From: an uncultured Pseudomonadales bacterium
GTDB taxonomy: Bacteria; Patescibacteriota; Microgenomatia; UBA1400; PJMF01
Assembly (NCBI GenBank): GCA_964633875.1
Contig: CAZWKL010000002.1
Span: forward strand, 23,338 to 87,337
Reading direction: 5' to 3'
Length of the DNA: 64,000 nt
How positions within the stretch are numbered: the stretch's first letter is position 1; each line of letters opens with the position of its first letter. A model generated the notes under the pieces. The model was not told where the DNA came from, did not search any database, and saw only the letters and a list, made by a program, of their open reading frames with translations. Position numbers and translations under genes: made by a program. Positions 18,945-27,570 of this stretch are shown here, piece by piece.

Positions 18945-19970
18945 ATGAAGATACCTTTTATTTCCCAAATCGTGCGTTTTGTCGGGATTGATTTGGGTTC
19001 TAGCCAGGTGAGAATTTGGACAGACCGGTCCGGTTTTGCCATTGATGAGCCGGCGCTGATTGCTTTTGATGCCAAAACCAAAAGGATTTTAGCGGTCGGG
19101 TCGGAGGCGGCAGAAATGCGCGGCCGAGTCAGTAAAAATGTGGTGGTGGAGCAGCCTATTCAGGATGGGAAAATTTATGATTTGGAAACTACCAGAGCGC
19201 TGCTGCGGGTATTTTTGCAGAAAGTTTTAAGCTCCACCAACTTGATTAGTCCGGTTTATATGTGCAGTGTGCCCGCCAAGAGCAGTGAGGCGGATTTGCA
19301 GGCCGTCACGCGGCTGATGTACAACCTGGGCGCGCGGGAAGTTTACACTATTTCCAGCCCGCTGGCGGCCAGTATTGGCGCCGATGTGCCAATTGCCGAT
19401 GCTTCCGGCTGCTTTATTCTTCACTTGGGTGCTGATGTAGTTGAGGGGGCGGTGATTTCGCTTGGCAGCATGGTGCATTACGAAAGCACACATTACGCTG
19501 GCAATTTTCTCAGCAAAAGATTGCAGTATTTAATGAAAAAAGAGTTCGCCCTGGATATTAGCCTGCAAACTGCGGAAGAAATGAAGCGCCGGGTAGTTTC
19601 TGCCTACGGATTGAAGGAAAGAAAGATGTTGGTAACGGGGAAGAGCGCTCATGACGGCAGTCCCAAGGAAATCAGTGTTACCGCTGCCGATGTGGCGCCT
19701 GAGTTGCTTAAGTTGCTCGAAAAGTATGAAAAAGTGCTGCGCCAACTGTTGTCCACTATTCCGCCGGAACTAACGGTGGACGTGATCGATAAAGGCTTGC
19801 TGCTTGCTGGCGGCCTGGCCAATATTGACGGCGTCAGTCAGTATTTTGTCGAAAAAATGGGCATTCCGGTTTCGGTTGTGGATAATCCCGAGCAGGTGGT
19901 GATCAAGGGGACGAGCATAGCGCTGGAGCACCTGGATTTGTTTAAGGAAAGTTTGGGGTATCAGAGTTAA
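18945..19970 (+). CDS. MreB/Mbl-like actin homolog, divergent stand-alone paralog
   Basis: GIDLGSS, DEPALIA, PIQDG, AASIGA, PPELTVDVIDKGLLLAGG. Confidence 0.85.
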   Translation: MKIPFISQIVRFVGIDLGSSQVRIWTDRSGFAIDEPALIAFDAKTKRILAVGSEAAEMRGRVSKNVVVEQPIQDGKIYDLETTRALLRVFLQKVLSSTNLISPVYMCSVPAKSSEADLQAVTRLMYNLGAREVYTISSPLAASIGADVPIADASGCFILHLGADVVEGAVISLGSMVHYESTHYAGNFLSKRLQYLMKKEFALDISLQTAEEMKRRVVSAYGLKERKMLVTGKSAHDGSPKEISVTAADVAPELLKLLEKYEKVLRQLLSTIPPELTVDVIDKGLLLAGGLANIDGVSQYFVEKMGIPVSVVDNPEQVVIKGTSIALEHLDLFKESLGYQS

Positions 19971-20133
19971 GGTTTGTTTTGTCTACGGAGGCAGCTTGTT
20001 CTTTAAGATAGGACTCTGCTGTTTTGCTGATAATAAATTTGATGGTCTTGGGTAAAGAATAGCCAAATTGTCGTCCGTAGCTAGACAGAATAGCGGTTTC
20101 TTCATTGGTTAGTGTCAGCTGTACTTTATTCAT
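19942..20133 (-). CDS. Small RHH/CopG-like protein (orphan antitoxin-like)
   Basis: KVQLTLTNEE strand-helix-helix pattern; minus-strand TACTAT 9 nt before the ATG. Confidence 0.5.
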   Translation of the reverse strand: MNKVQLTLTNEETAILSSYGRQFGYSLPKTIKFIISKTAESYLKEQAASVDKTNLNSDTPNFP

Positions 20134-20181
20134 AGTGTTCCCATAGTAGCAACAAAGTAGTTTGAAGTCAATATATTGTAA

Positions 20182-21588
20182 CTACTTTTTAACAAGCGCC
20201 CTCACCGCTGCAGTAAACTGATTGCCTCTGTCTTCGTAGTTTTTGAAAGTGCCAAAACTGGCGCTGGCCGGACTAAGCAAGACCACCCAGCCATTTCTGG
20301 CAAATTCGGCGGCCGCGCTCACCGCTTCCTCCATCGACAAAACCTCTTCCTTGATAAGATTGGGATTTTTTATCTCATTGGCTAGTCTGGAACCGGTGGG
20401 GTTGAAGTAAAGCAGCATCCGGACATCGCTTTCATCAATAGTGTGAGCCAAAGCGGAAAAGTCTTGTTGGCGCTCGTGGCCGCCGGCAATCAAAGCCATT
20501 GGCCGGCCCTCATAGCTGTTGATGGCGGCAATAGCAGCTTCAGGCGTGGTGGAAAGCGAGTCATTAACAAAAGTCACGCCTTTAACTTCCGCCACCTCCT
20601 CCAGGCGGTGAGCCAGCGGCTGAAAACTTTGCAGTCCTGCGCGAATTGCAGCTGTTTCCGCCCCGAGCTGTTTGGCGATCACCACCGCCGGCAGGCTGTT
20701 GAGCAGGTTGTGCTCGCCTTTAAGAGGCAGCTCGCTGATATCGGCGATTTTTTCTTGCTGATAATAGATGGCATTGTCCTGAATGTAGGCCAGCGGGTCG
20801 GGGTGGTCAGCTTGGTTGGCGGTTTTTTTACCAAAAGGCAGCTTTTTAGCTTTGCTGTCATCGGCAATCTGCCGCGGCAGCTCAAAAAGCGGGTTATAAA
20901 CCACAAAATCATCTTTATGCTGAAACTGGACAATTCTGGCTTTGGCGGCGGTGTAACTGGCAAAATCAGGATAGTAGTCGAGATGCTCAGGAGTGATATT
21001 AAGAATGACGGCAAAATGAGGACTACTGCGAAGATTAAGCAGCTGGTGCGAAGAAAGCTCCAGCACGTAGTAGTCGGCCCTGATTTCCTGGTGGAGCAGA
21101 TCAAGCGGCGCCTGGCCGATGTTGCCCGCCAGGACGGTTTTGCAGCCAGCCTTGGTTAGCACGTGATTAATCAAAGCGCTGGTAGTGCTTTTGCCTTTAG
21201 TGCCGGTCACGCCAATGATAGTCTGATGTTCTCGGACAATTTGCAGGAAAAGGTTGGTGTTGGAGTTGAAATCAAGGTTTTTTTGTTCGGCTTTTTTGAT
21301 CAGCGGATGAGTGATGGGGATGCCCGGCGTCTTAAACATTACGCCGCTGCCGATCTCGTAATTGGTGATGGTATCGAGAAAAGTGTCGGCAGTAGTAATG
21401 GTGGTATACGGGTTGCTAGCGGCCTGTTGCCAGTGTTGATCCAGGTCTTGAGGTGGTTTGTCGTCGATGAGGATGAGTTTTTTTTCAGGAAAAATTTTCC
21501 GGAGATAATTGTAGGTGGAAAAACCTTCCAAACCGAGGCCGAAGATATAAATTTGCCTGTTTTCCAGTTTTGCTAGCGGGTTTTTCAT
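20182..21588 (-). CDS. murD: MurD-family ligase (probably the L-Glu-adding MurD2 type)
   Basis: GVTGTKGKSTT, GNIG, ELSSHQL, LNITPEHLDY, HRLE, NDSLST, SPASASF; directly downstream of murL. Confidence 0.92.
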   Translation of the reverse strand: MKNPLAKLENRQIYIFGLGLEGFSTYNYLRKIFPEKKLILIDDKPPQDLDQHWQQAASNPYTTITTADTFLDTITNYEIGSGVMFKTPGIPITHPLIKKAEQKNLDFNSNTNLFLQIVREHQTIIGVTGTKGKSTTSALINHVLTKAGCKTVLAGNIGQAPLDLLHQEIRADYYVLELSSHQLLNLRSSPHFAVILNITPEHLDYYPDFASYTAAKARIVQFQHKDDFVVYNPLFELPRQIADDSKAKKLPFGKKTANQADHPDPLAYIQDNAIYYQQEKIADISELPLKGEHNLLNSLPAVVIAKQLGAETAAIRAGLQSFQPLAHRLEEVAEVKGVTFVNDSLSTTPEAAIAAINSYEGRPMALIAGGHERQQDFSALAHTIDESDVRMLLYFNPTGSRLANEIKNPNLIKEEVLSMEEAVSAAAEFARNGWVVLLSPASASFGTFKNYEDRGNQFTAAVRALVKK

Positions 21589-21610
21589 TGAGTTGCTTCC
21601 TTTACTTCGC

Positions 21611-23008
21611 CTATTTCGCTGCTTTCAGCCAGTTTTCCCAGGTTTGAGAAGGGATGAGATGCTCGTTATTCCAGGCTTGAAGGATTGTTTGAGCACGTTC
21701 GTCTAAATTTGCTTCTTGGGAAAGAACTTGTTTGTACACTTGTTGCAATAATTGTTGGCTAGAATCCGGTTGTGTCTGCTGCCATTTTTGCCAGCAAAGG
21801 TGGAAAGCGGCCAGAGATTCTTCGTGGGTGCCCACGCAGTCGAAAGGTTTGTGTTCACTGGCGCCTACTAGCTCGAGGGCGATGGTCAGCAGCTCGGGTT
21901 TATCTAACAAGTTCTCACCAAAATACCCGGTGAGTTCAGAAAGGTTTACAAATGGATAAAGAATTATAAAAGCAAAGAGGCATTTTGAGCACTGACCACA
22001 CCAACTGTTGGTTTTTTGGCCAACGTTGCAGCTCCTGAAAATGGGGTGGTAGGTTTTCATGGTTGAGAAAATTTTGGCTATCTGTAGCTCAAAAAGCGGC
22101 CTCATGTAAGAAAAGTAGCGAGGCGAGTTGGCAGGGTAGAACTGGCTGATATAGGCGCTGAAAGCTTTTTCGAAAGCAAAAGTTTTGGAGTACTGGTGGT
22201 TGATTTCCTTGCCGAGATATTCGACGTTGCCCTCGTTGGAACTGCGCTCGTTTGAGACCGGAATAAAGTGGTAGTCGTGCAGTCTGGCCGCCAGCAGGCT
22301 AGTGAAGGCGAAGAGGGCAGAGATCGGCACATGTCCATTGAGGTAGCCCTGGGAGTTAAGTGAGAGTAGGAGCGGATCCAGTTCTCTGGTAACGGTGATG
22401 GTTTTGAGTTGGCTGGCAGCGGCAATATCTCGGGCAGCTTGAGTGGGGTTGATCAACAAGCAGCTTAAGTTGGCAGGATCGAGATTTTGCCTGAACAGCT
22501 CCAGCGTCACGGCCGAGTCTTTGCCTCCGCCGAGGGGAATCAGGATTCTGGGGTTGGCAGGTTCTGGCAGGTTGAGTTGAGACGCGGTTGGCTCAGGTGT
22601 TTCAGGGAGAGCAGTCCGGATGGAGACGAAATCAGGCGCGGTGAACTCAATTTGGTTGATGTAAAAGTACTCACCCATGCCTTGAATCAGCAGTTGGTGC
22701 CACCAGGAAGTTTGTTCTGGAGTTAGCGGCTGGGCCTCGATGATAATTTCGGGGGCAGCGGTCAGCTTCCAATAACTCAACATCTCTGCCAGGCCAAGGG
22801 AAAAGGCATGCAGATTTAGCTCGACTTCACTGATTTGCCGGAACTGCTGTTCGGAGACATTGGGAAAATGCATTGAGGGATGGAAATCAAAGCCCGGCTC
22901 AATGAAGAAATGCCATTGGAGGGTGAGGGTGTTGGCATCCCAATGCCACTCATACTTTTTGTAGAAAAAACGCGGGTGTTGCGACCTCAGTTCAGTTACT
23001 GATTTCAT
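21611..23008 (-). CDS. murL: UDP-MurNAc-L-Ala-L-Glu epimerase MurL
   Basis: SYWK, LGGGKDS, NGHVPIS, SNERS, NHQYSK, SCN, WCGQCSKC, KPFDCVG. Confidence 0.85.
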   Translation of the reverse strand: MKSVTELRSQHPRFFYKKYEWHWDANTLTLQWHFFIEPGFDFHPSMHFPNVSEQQFRQISEVELNLHAFSLGLAEMLSYWKLTAAPEIIIEAQPLTPEQTSWWHQLLIQGMGEYFYINQIEFTAPDFVSIRTALPETPEPTASQLNLPEPANPRILIPLGGGKDSAVTLELFRQNLDPANLSCLLINPTQAARDIAAASQLKTITVTRELDPLLLSLNSQGYLNGHVPISALFAFTSLLAARLHDYHFIPVSNERSSNEGNVEYLGKEINHQYSKTFAFEKAFSAYISQFYPANSPRYFSYMRPLFELQIAKIFSTMKTYHPIFRSCNVGQKTNSWCGQCSKCLFAFIILYPFVNLSELTGYFGENLLDKPELLTIALELVGASEHKPFDCVGTHEESLAAFHLCWQKWQQTQPDSSQQLLQQVYKQVLSQEANLDERAQTILQAWNNEHLIPSQTWENWLKAAK

Positions 23009-23416
23009 GGACTTTCATTATAGTGGAAGACGCCAAAAAGTGCATCCGAGTATGATTTTCAGCGAGTTGAAAGGTGTTGAGAAAAAATAGAGCAAAAATC
23101 AACAAATACTCAAGAAATATAGTGTTCAAAAAGGGCAAAAAATGAATAATAAACTGCGAAAATAGCAATTTTTAAGAAAAAAATAGTCTCAATTGCCTTC
23201 GGACAATGTTGGGCTTTGGCCGGAAAACGAATTTTTTACCGCACAAAAACCGAAGAAAATTGCTTTTAGGAAAAGCAAAAGAAAACAGTGTACAATGATA
23301 AAATAGTGGCGGTCCAGTTAGCTCAGAAATTTGGACAAAAATGATTTTACCAGGCTATTGCTTTGGTTTTTCTTCAAAAATGCCTGGTTTGTAACAGTGA
23401 GGTAATAAGAGAGAAA

Positions 23417-24202
23417 ATGATTGATAAGACAGTGAAAATATTCGATTTAGCCATTTTTAGCAAAAGCAGATTGGAACTGCTAAAAATTTTGCAAAATCAC
23501 TTGCGGCAGCAAAATGGGCTGCTGGTGATTTTTACGCCAAATCCCGAGCAAATTATGCTCGCGCGCAGGGACAAGACATTTGCTTCATCTTTGGGTTTTG
23601 CCGATATTTTGGTCCCCGATGGCTTTGGTTTGGTTTTGGCGGCCAAAATGAAGGCTCTTTTTCTGGCTCAAAAGGCGCTGGAGGAGCGAATTGCCGGCAT
23701 TGATTTAGCTGAAGATTTGCTCAAAATCGCGCGGGAGCAAAAATTGCCGGCGCTGATTTTGGGCGGCCGTGGCTATCAGGGCCGGGAGGTTTCAGGGAAA
23801 TTGGATATTGGTGGCTGGCCGGTTGAGTGGCATCAAGCTTACCAAGATGTCAGGCAACCTCTGGAGGCAGAGGAAAAAGCGGTAGTGGCTTTGATCAAAA
23901 ACCTGCGGCCGAGTATTGTTTTTGTGGCTTTTGGCGCGCCGCATCAGGAAAAATGGGTGGTAGAGCACCGGGAACTGCTAGAAAAATCGGGAGTGCTGCT
24001 GGTGCAAGTGGTGGGCGGCGCTTTCGATGTCATCCTCGGCAAGTTCCGCCGGGCACCCGGCTGGATGAGGCGACTCGGCTTAGAGTGGCTGTTTAGACTA
24101 TTTCAGCAGCCCTGGCGGCTCAAGCGGCAGCTGCAGCTGATTCCGTTTATGTTTTTAACTTTTAAACAGGTGCTGGTGAAGCAAAGGCGGGGGAGGAAAT
24201 GA
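23417..24202 (+). CDS. WecB/TagA/CpsF glycosyltransferase
   Basis: TPNPE, VPDGFG, RIAGIDL, VAFGAPHQEKW, VGGAFD, RAPGWMRRLGLEWLFRL. Confidence 0.93.
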   Translation: MIDKTVKIFDLAIFSKSRLELLKILQNHLRQQNGLLVIFTPNPEQIMLARRDKTFASSLGFADILVPDGFGLVLAAKMKALFLAQKALEERIAGIDLAEDLLKIAREQKLPALILGGRGYQGREVSGKLDIGGWPVEWHQAYQDVRQPLEAEEKAVVALIKNLRPSIVFVAFGAPHQEKWVVEHRELLEKSGVLLVQVVGGAFDVILGKFRRAPGWMRRLGLEWLFRLFQQPWRLKRQLQLIPFMFLTFKQVLVKQRRGRK

Positions 24203-24207
24203 AAAAT

Positions 24208-24230
24208 GCCCCAGGCTTTCAGCCTGGGGC
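24208..24230. terminator. Bidirectional intrinsic terminator
   Basis: gccccaggct-ttc-agcctggggc between convergent genes, flanked by A-runs. Confidence 0.75.
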
Positions 24231-24240
24231 AAAATCAACT

Positions 24241-24531
24241 CTACTCATCTCCTGGTGTAATGCCCAACAACCAGAGAACGGACTCTTTTTTGTAGCGCCG
24301 GTCACCCCGAGAGTTAATCCGGATCGCAGGCAGCTTGCCTCTCTTGCCCCACCGCTTAATCGTCAGGGGGGAAACTCTGAGCAAATCTGCTACTTCGCGG
24401 ACTGTCAGCAGGTCAGGCAGATTATTGATATCGAGCCTACTGGCGTCGTCAGCTCGGCCAGTCCTTTTATCTTCCGCAACTTGCCCATTAGGGTCAATAT
24501 TGCTGATGGTGGTCATAGCAGGTTCGCTCAT
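24241..24531 (-). CDS. BldC/excisionase-like MerR-type HTH DNA-binding protein
   Basis: LLTVREVADLLRVSPLTIKRWGKRGKLPAIRINSRGDRRY; SD aagga. Confidence 0.85.
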   Translation of the reverse strand: MSEPAMTTISNIDPNGQVAEDKRTGRADDASRLDINNLPDLLTVREVADLLRVSPLTIKRWGKRGKLPAIRINSRGDRRYKKESVLWLLGITPGDE

Positions 24532-24908
24532 GAATCCTTTCTTAATTTACCTTGGTATCAAGGCAATTTCTAATATTTTTATTGATATTTTTAAAATGGG
24601 TCAAACTCCGTGTAAGTTGTATTTAAAGTAGCAGAGTAGACTGAAATGGGTCAATAGGTAAAAGCTTGGTAAAAGGGCAAATTTTAGCCTGGTAGAACCC
24701 TGGTGGCATACCAATTCCGGCGCTTGAGAAAACTGAGTTTTCCACATCAACAACCCATAGTTTTTCCATCAACGACCTATATTTTTTCAGTGTGAATAAG
24801 AACTTTATTTCCCTCAAGTCAGAACAAAAATCGCTCGGTTTCGGTTTCTCTCCAAACCGCCAGGCCCCTAAAAAAAGGCCAGACAGGCATTGTTTAGCAA
24901 GAAGTCAC

Positions 24909-24937
24909 AAAAAACCCCGCCTGTAACAGCGGGGCTT
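24909..24937 (-). terminator. rplL terminator
   Basis: ccccgc...gcgggg hairpin with T-tract on the minus strand. Confidence 0.7.
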
Positions 24938-24959
24938 CCCGTTTTTCGTATCTGTTAGC

Positions 24960-25349
24960 TTATTTAAGCTCAACGACACAACCAGCCTCTTCAAGGGCTT
25001 TTTTGGCTGCTTCAGCGTCTTCTTTCTTGGCGCCTTCCAAAACGGTTTTGGGCGCTTCTTCAACGAAAGCTTTCGCATCACCCAGACCAAGTTCTGGTTT
25101 GAGCTGGCGGACAGCTTTAATCGCGCCGATCTTGTTAGACCCGGCGTCCTTGAGGATGACGTCGAACTCGTCCTTTTCCTCGACTGCACCGGCCTCGGCC
25201 GCGCCACCTGCTACTGGAGCAGCCATCATTGGGGCTGCCGCGGTTACGCCGAACTCTTCTTCAAGAGCTTTCACCAGTTCAGAAACTTCCATAAGGGAAA
25301 GTTCCTTGACGGCATCGACGATTTTTTGAACATTTTTTGCATCTGCCAT
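24960..25349 (-). CDS. rplL: 50S ribosomal protein L7/L12
   Basis: [38 protein letters not shown]. Confidence 0.98.
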   Translation of the reverse strand: MADAKNVQKIVDAVKELSLMEVSELVKALEEEFGVTAAAPMMAAPVAGGAAEAGAVEEKDEFDVILKDAGSNKIGAIKAVRQLKPELGLGDAKAFVEEAPKTVLEGAKKEDAEAAKKALEEAGCVVELK

Positions 25350-25384
25350 AATTGTTCCTTTCTTAATACTTTCCTAATAGCGAT

Positions 25385-25894
25385 TTAAGCCTCTTTCCTG
25401 TCTGCAATAGCCTGGAGAGCATAGACCAAATTGCGCTGCGAAGCCTGCAAAACATTGACTAAACCCTGAGCCGGACTCTGAATGCGGGCCATCAACATAG
25501 CGATCAGCTCTGTCTTGCTTGGCAGCTTGCTCAGAGCCTCAACTTCCTCGGGGGAGAGGACTTTGTCATCTACAAAACCCTGTTTGATGGTGAGTTTTTC
25601 GTTGTCTTTATGAAATTCAAAGAGCTTTTTCAGGGCAGTCACAGCATCTTCGTAAGAAAAAATGAGCGCGTTCATCCCAGTCAAGGACTCCGCGAACTTG
25701 CCCTTGCCAAGGGCGATATCAATTAGGGTATTTTTGGTCACAAACATTTCGCCGCCGGCCTCTTTCAGCTCGTTGCGCAGCTTCACCTGGTCATTAACAC
25801 TGGTACTGGAGTAATCAACCACCACCGCTGATTTGGTCTTGGCGAGTTTGTCTTTGATAATGGCGACTTGCTCGAGGTTTTTCTTGTTTGGCAT
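25385..25894 (-). CDS. rplJ: 50S ribosomal protein L10
   Basis: Start MPNKKN with SD agga; [23 protein letters not shown]. Confidence 0.96.
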   Translation of the reverse strand: MPNKKNLEQVAIIKDKLAKTKSAVVVDYSSTSVNDQVKLRNELKEAGGEMFVTKNTLIDIALGKGKFAESLTGMNALIFSYEDAVTALKKLFEFHKDNEKLTIKQGFVDDKVLSPEEVEALSKLPSKTELIAMLMARIQSPAQGLVNVLQASQRNLVYALQAIADRKEA

Positions 25895-25944
25895 ATTTTT
25901 CCTGTTTTTTTGAGGCCGGGTTTCTGAATTTAGTTGAGTAAAAA

Positions 25945-26080
25945 CAAAAAACACAGCTTGGTACTGTGTTGAACAAAGACGCCTAATTTTTGCACTGCAA
26001 AAGGCTTGGTTTCTCCTCGGCGTGGCTTCTGTCTGCTTCTGTCTGTTTATGGCGGACTGCACGCTGTCTTTGGACAACAG
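25945..26080 (-). ncRNA. L10 ribosomal protein leader with terminator
   Basis: aagacagcgtg...cacgccgagg kink-turn-type core recalled from the L10 leader family, followed by aacacag/ctgtgtt hairpin and T-tract before rplJ. Confidence 0.8.
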
Positions 26081-26127
26081 GGGAAATTATAACACAAGTC
26101 GGGGAAAGAACAAGTTTCACAGACTAA

Positions 26128-26562
26128 TCAAAAGGTCAAAGCTGCTTTTTGATAAAGCTGTCTGAGATTACGATCGAGAGTTAATAATTTGGCTTTTTGT
26201 TCAAGGGCTAATTGAGCATAACTGGAATCGTAGTAGCTGCAGTTGTGTTCCAGAGAAAAACGCAACGTCTGTTCGTAGTTGGGTGAAAGATAGTTAATAG
26301 GGAATGACATAAAAGTTTGGAAGATTGTTTTTGCTCCTCGCTGATCAAGTCTGCCGCGCAAAACACAGGTTCGTAAAATGTTGCCAACTTCAAAAATAAG
26401 TAGTTTTGGAGCCAGAAAATTTATGGCAGGATTTTCTAGAAGTTTGATTAGCTCTGGTCCACGAGTACTAGCCGATAGTTTGCGTTCGTCTGGCAAAAGC
26501 ACGCTGGCTACCACGAATGAATCAACCACGTAGGCAGAGTTGGCTTTATGCTGACCGGCCAT
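26128..26562 (-). CDS. VapC PIN-domain toxin
   Basis: YVVDS, FEVGNIL, SYYDSSY, LLTLDRNL. Confidence 0.88.
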   Translation of the reverse strand: MAGQHKANSAYVVDSFVVASVLLPDERKLSASTRGPELIKLLENPAINFLAPKLLIFEVGNILRTCVLRGRLDQRGAKTIFQTFMSFPINYLSPNYEQTLRFSLEHNCSYYDSSYAQLALEQKAKLLTLDRNLRQLYQKAALTF

Positions 26563-26806
26563 AGTCTCTCAATTCTTGATAATCCAGTTGCTGATTTGAT
26601 TTTTGGATCAAAGACCAATTTTGTTGGATTTTTTGCATTAATTTAGTTCGTTCAGCTTGAGCTTGTTCAAGTTTGGCCTTCCGATAAACCTTGGCGATAG
26701 CAGCGCGAATGAGCTTGCCTTTAGTTACTCCTTGTTGATGGGCAAGTTGAGTGAGTAGTCGATTGTCGTCTTCAGATAGTAGCAAATTGGTTCTGTGGGT
26801 TAGCAT
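26546..26806 (-). CDS. RHH antitoxin (VapB-like)
   Basis: RTNLLLSEDD...GKLIRAAI; overlaps the PIN gene. Confidence 0.8.
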   Translation of the reverse strand: MLTHRTNLLLSEDDNRLLTQLAHQQGVTKGKLIRAAIAKVYRKAKLEQAQAERTKLMQKIQQNWSLIQKSNQQLDYQELRDYGRSA

Positions 26807-26864
26807 AATTATATCTATAGTAACATGTTACTTGATAAGCGTCAAGGAAACCAAATATTCCTTA

Positions 26865-26893
26865 TTGCAAATTAGTCGCGTTTGTTCTATATT
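26865..26893 (+). promoter_or_regulatory. Sigma70-type promoter
   Basis: TTGCAA, 17 bp, TATATT. Confidence 0.65.
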
Positions 26894-26903
26894 CAATCAA
26901 CAC

Positions 26904-27027
26904 ATGAGTAAGTGCATGTCTTTCCTCACTATCAAGAACATCCAAACCTGCGTGTCCGGAGGTTGTGACTTGAGTGAATAAAAAAAGACAGCACTTAAAA
27001 CACAGCCTCCGAACCGGAGGCTTTTTT
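26904..27027 (+). promoter_or_regulatory. Candidate attenuator/structured leader: 25-codon uORF, long hairpin, antiterminator and terminator
   Basis: uORF 26904-26981; terminator agcctccg-aac-cggaggct-T6; cggaggttgtg (26957-26967) is complementary to cacagcctccg (27001-27011). Confidence 0.6.
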
Positions 27028-27108
27028 GATTTTATTAGGCATTGGCGTTGGTTGAACGCTTGGTTGAGCACCAGTGTTTAAGCAACCTCAATGCAAGGAA
27101 TATCAAGT

Positions 27109-27303
27109 ATGAAAATACAGAAAGGACAGATGCGAGCAGACGATTTAGCTTTGCCATATTCCAAAAAAAGCCTGGAAGCGCTGGCGAATACACTGAAAAT
27201 CCACCGCTCCTTGGTGTGGCTGGATCCGGTCACCGGCAGCCTGAGTGTTAAAAAGGTTGGTCCGATGAGACAGGAAGAAGCAGAAACGAAAGAAGAGGGT
27301 TAA
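27109..27303 (+). CDS. Small hypothetical protein (64 aa)
   Basis: SD aagga then ATG 27109, MKIQKGQMRADD...; stop codon 3 nt before the Thr leader start. Confidence 0.5.
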   Translation: MKIQKGQMRADDLALPYSKKSLEALANTLKIHRSLVWLDPVTGSLSVKKVGPMRQEEAETKEEG

Positions 27304-27306
27304 AAT

Positions 27307-27360
27307 TTGCGGCCAGCGTTTGTCCAAGCTACTACTACCACGACTATTATCCCTGGTTAG
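27307..27360 (+). CDS. Thr-rich leader peptide MRPAFVQATTTTTIIPG
   Basis: SD gaggg, TTG start, five consecutive Thr codons ACT ACT ACC ACG ACT, TAG stop. Confidence 0.8.
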   Translation: MRPAFVQATTTTTIIPG

Positions 27361-27417
27361 GGCGGGGTAGTGGTGGCACGAACTTCTCCTCTCTAACCGG
27401 GGAGATTTTTTGTTTTT
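27328..27417 (+). terminator. Ribosome-mediated attenuator of thrS
   Basis: 1:2 = 27328-39/27366-77; 2:3 = 27355-67/27386-98; 3:4 = tctcctc/ggggaga plus T-tract 27406-27417. Confidence 0.8.
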
Positions 27418-27570
27418 CTAACCGCGGCCAGCGGAGTCAGAAACAAGGCCACAAGCAAGGCCAAGCAAGGCCAGAAACAGTGCTACAATAGAAAAAGATT
27501 TTGCTGCGGTGGGATGAGTCTGCTTCCTTGGAGGAGTATTGCCGCCGCAACAGACCAAACGAAAGGATTT

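Noticed and set aside
23307-23337. tRNA-like 5' fragment ggtccagttagctcag
   Set aside because: No anticodon arm or T-arm follows; likely chance.
24241-24531. Excisionase as evidence of a prophage or ICE
   Set aside because: No integrase, att repeat or phage genes nearby; better read as a chromosomal BldC-like regulator.
25895-26077. 61-aa N-terminal extension of RplJ in the ORF track
   Set aside because: It is the L10 leader RNA; the SD supports the start at 25894.
27444-27473. Three copies of caaggcca before thrS
   Set aside because: Short slippage-like repeat with no supportable function.
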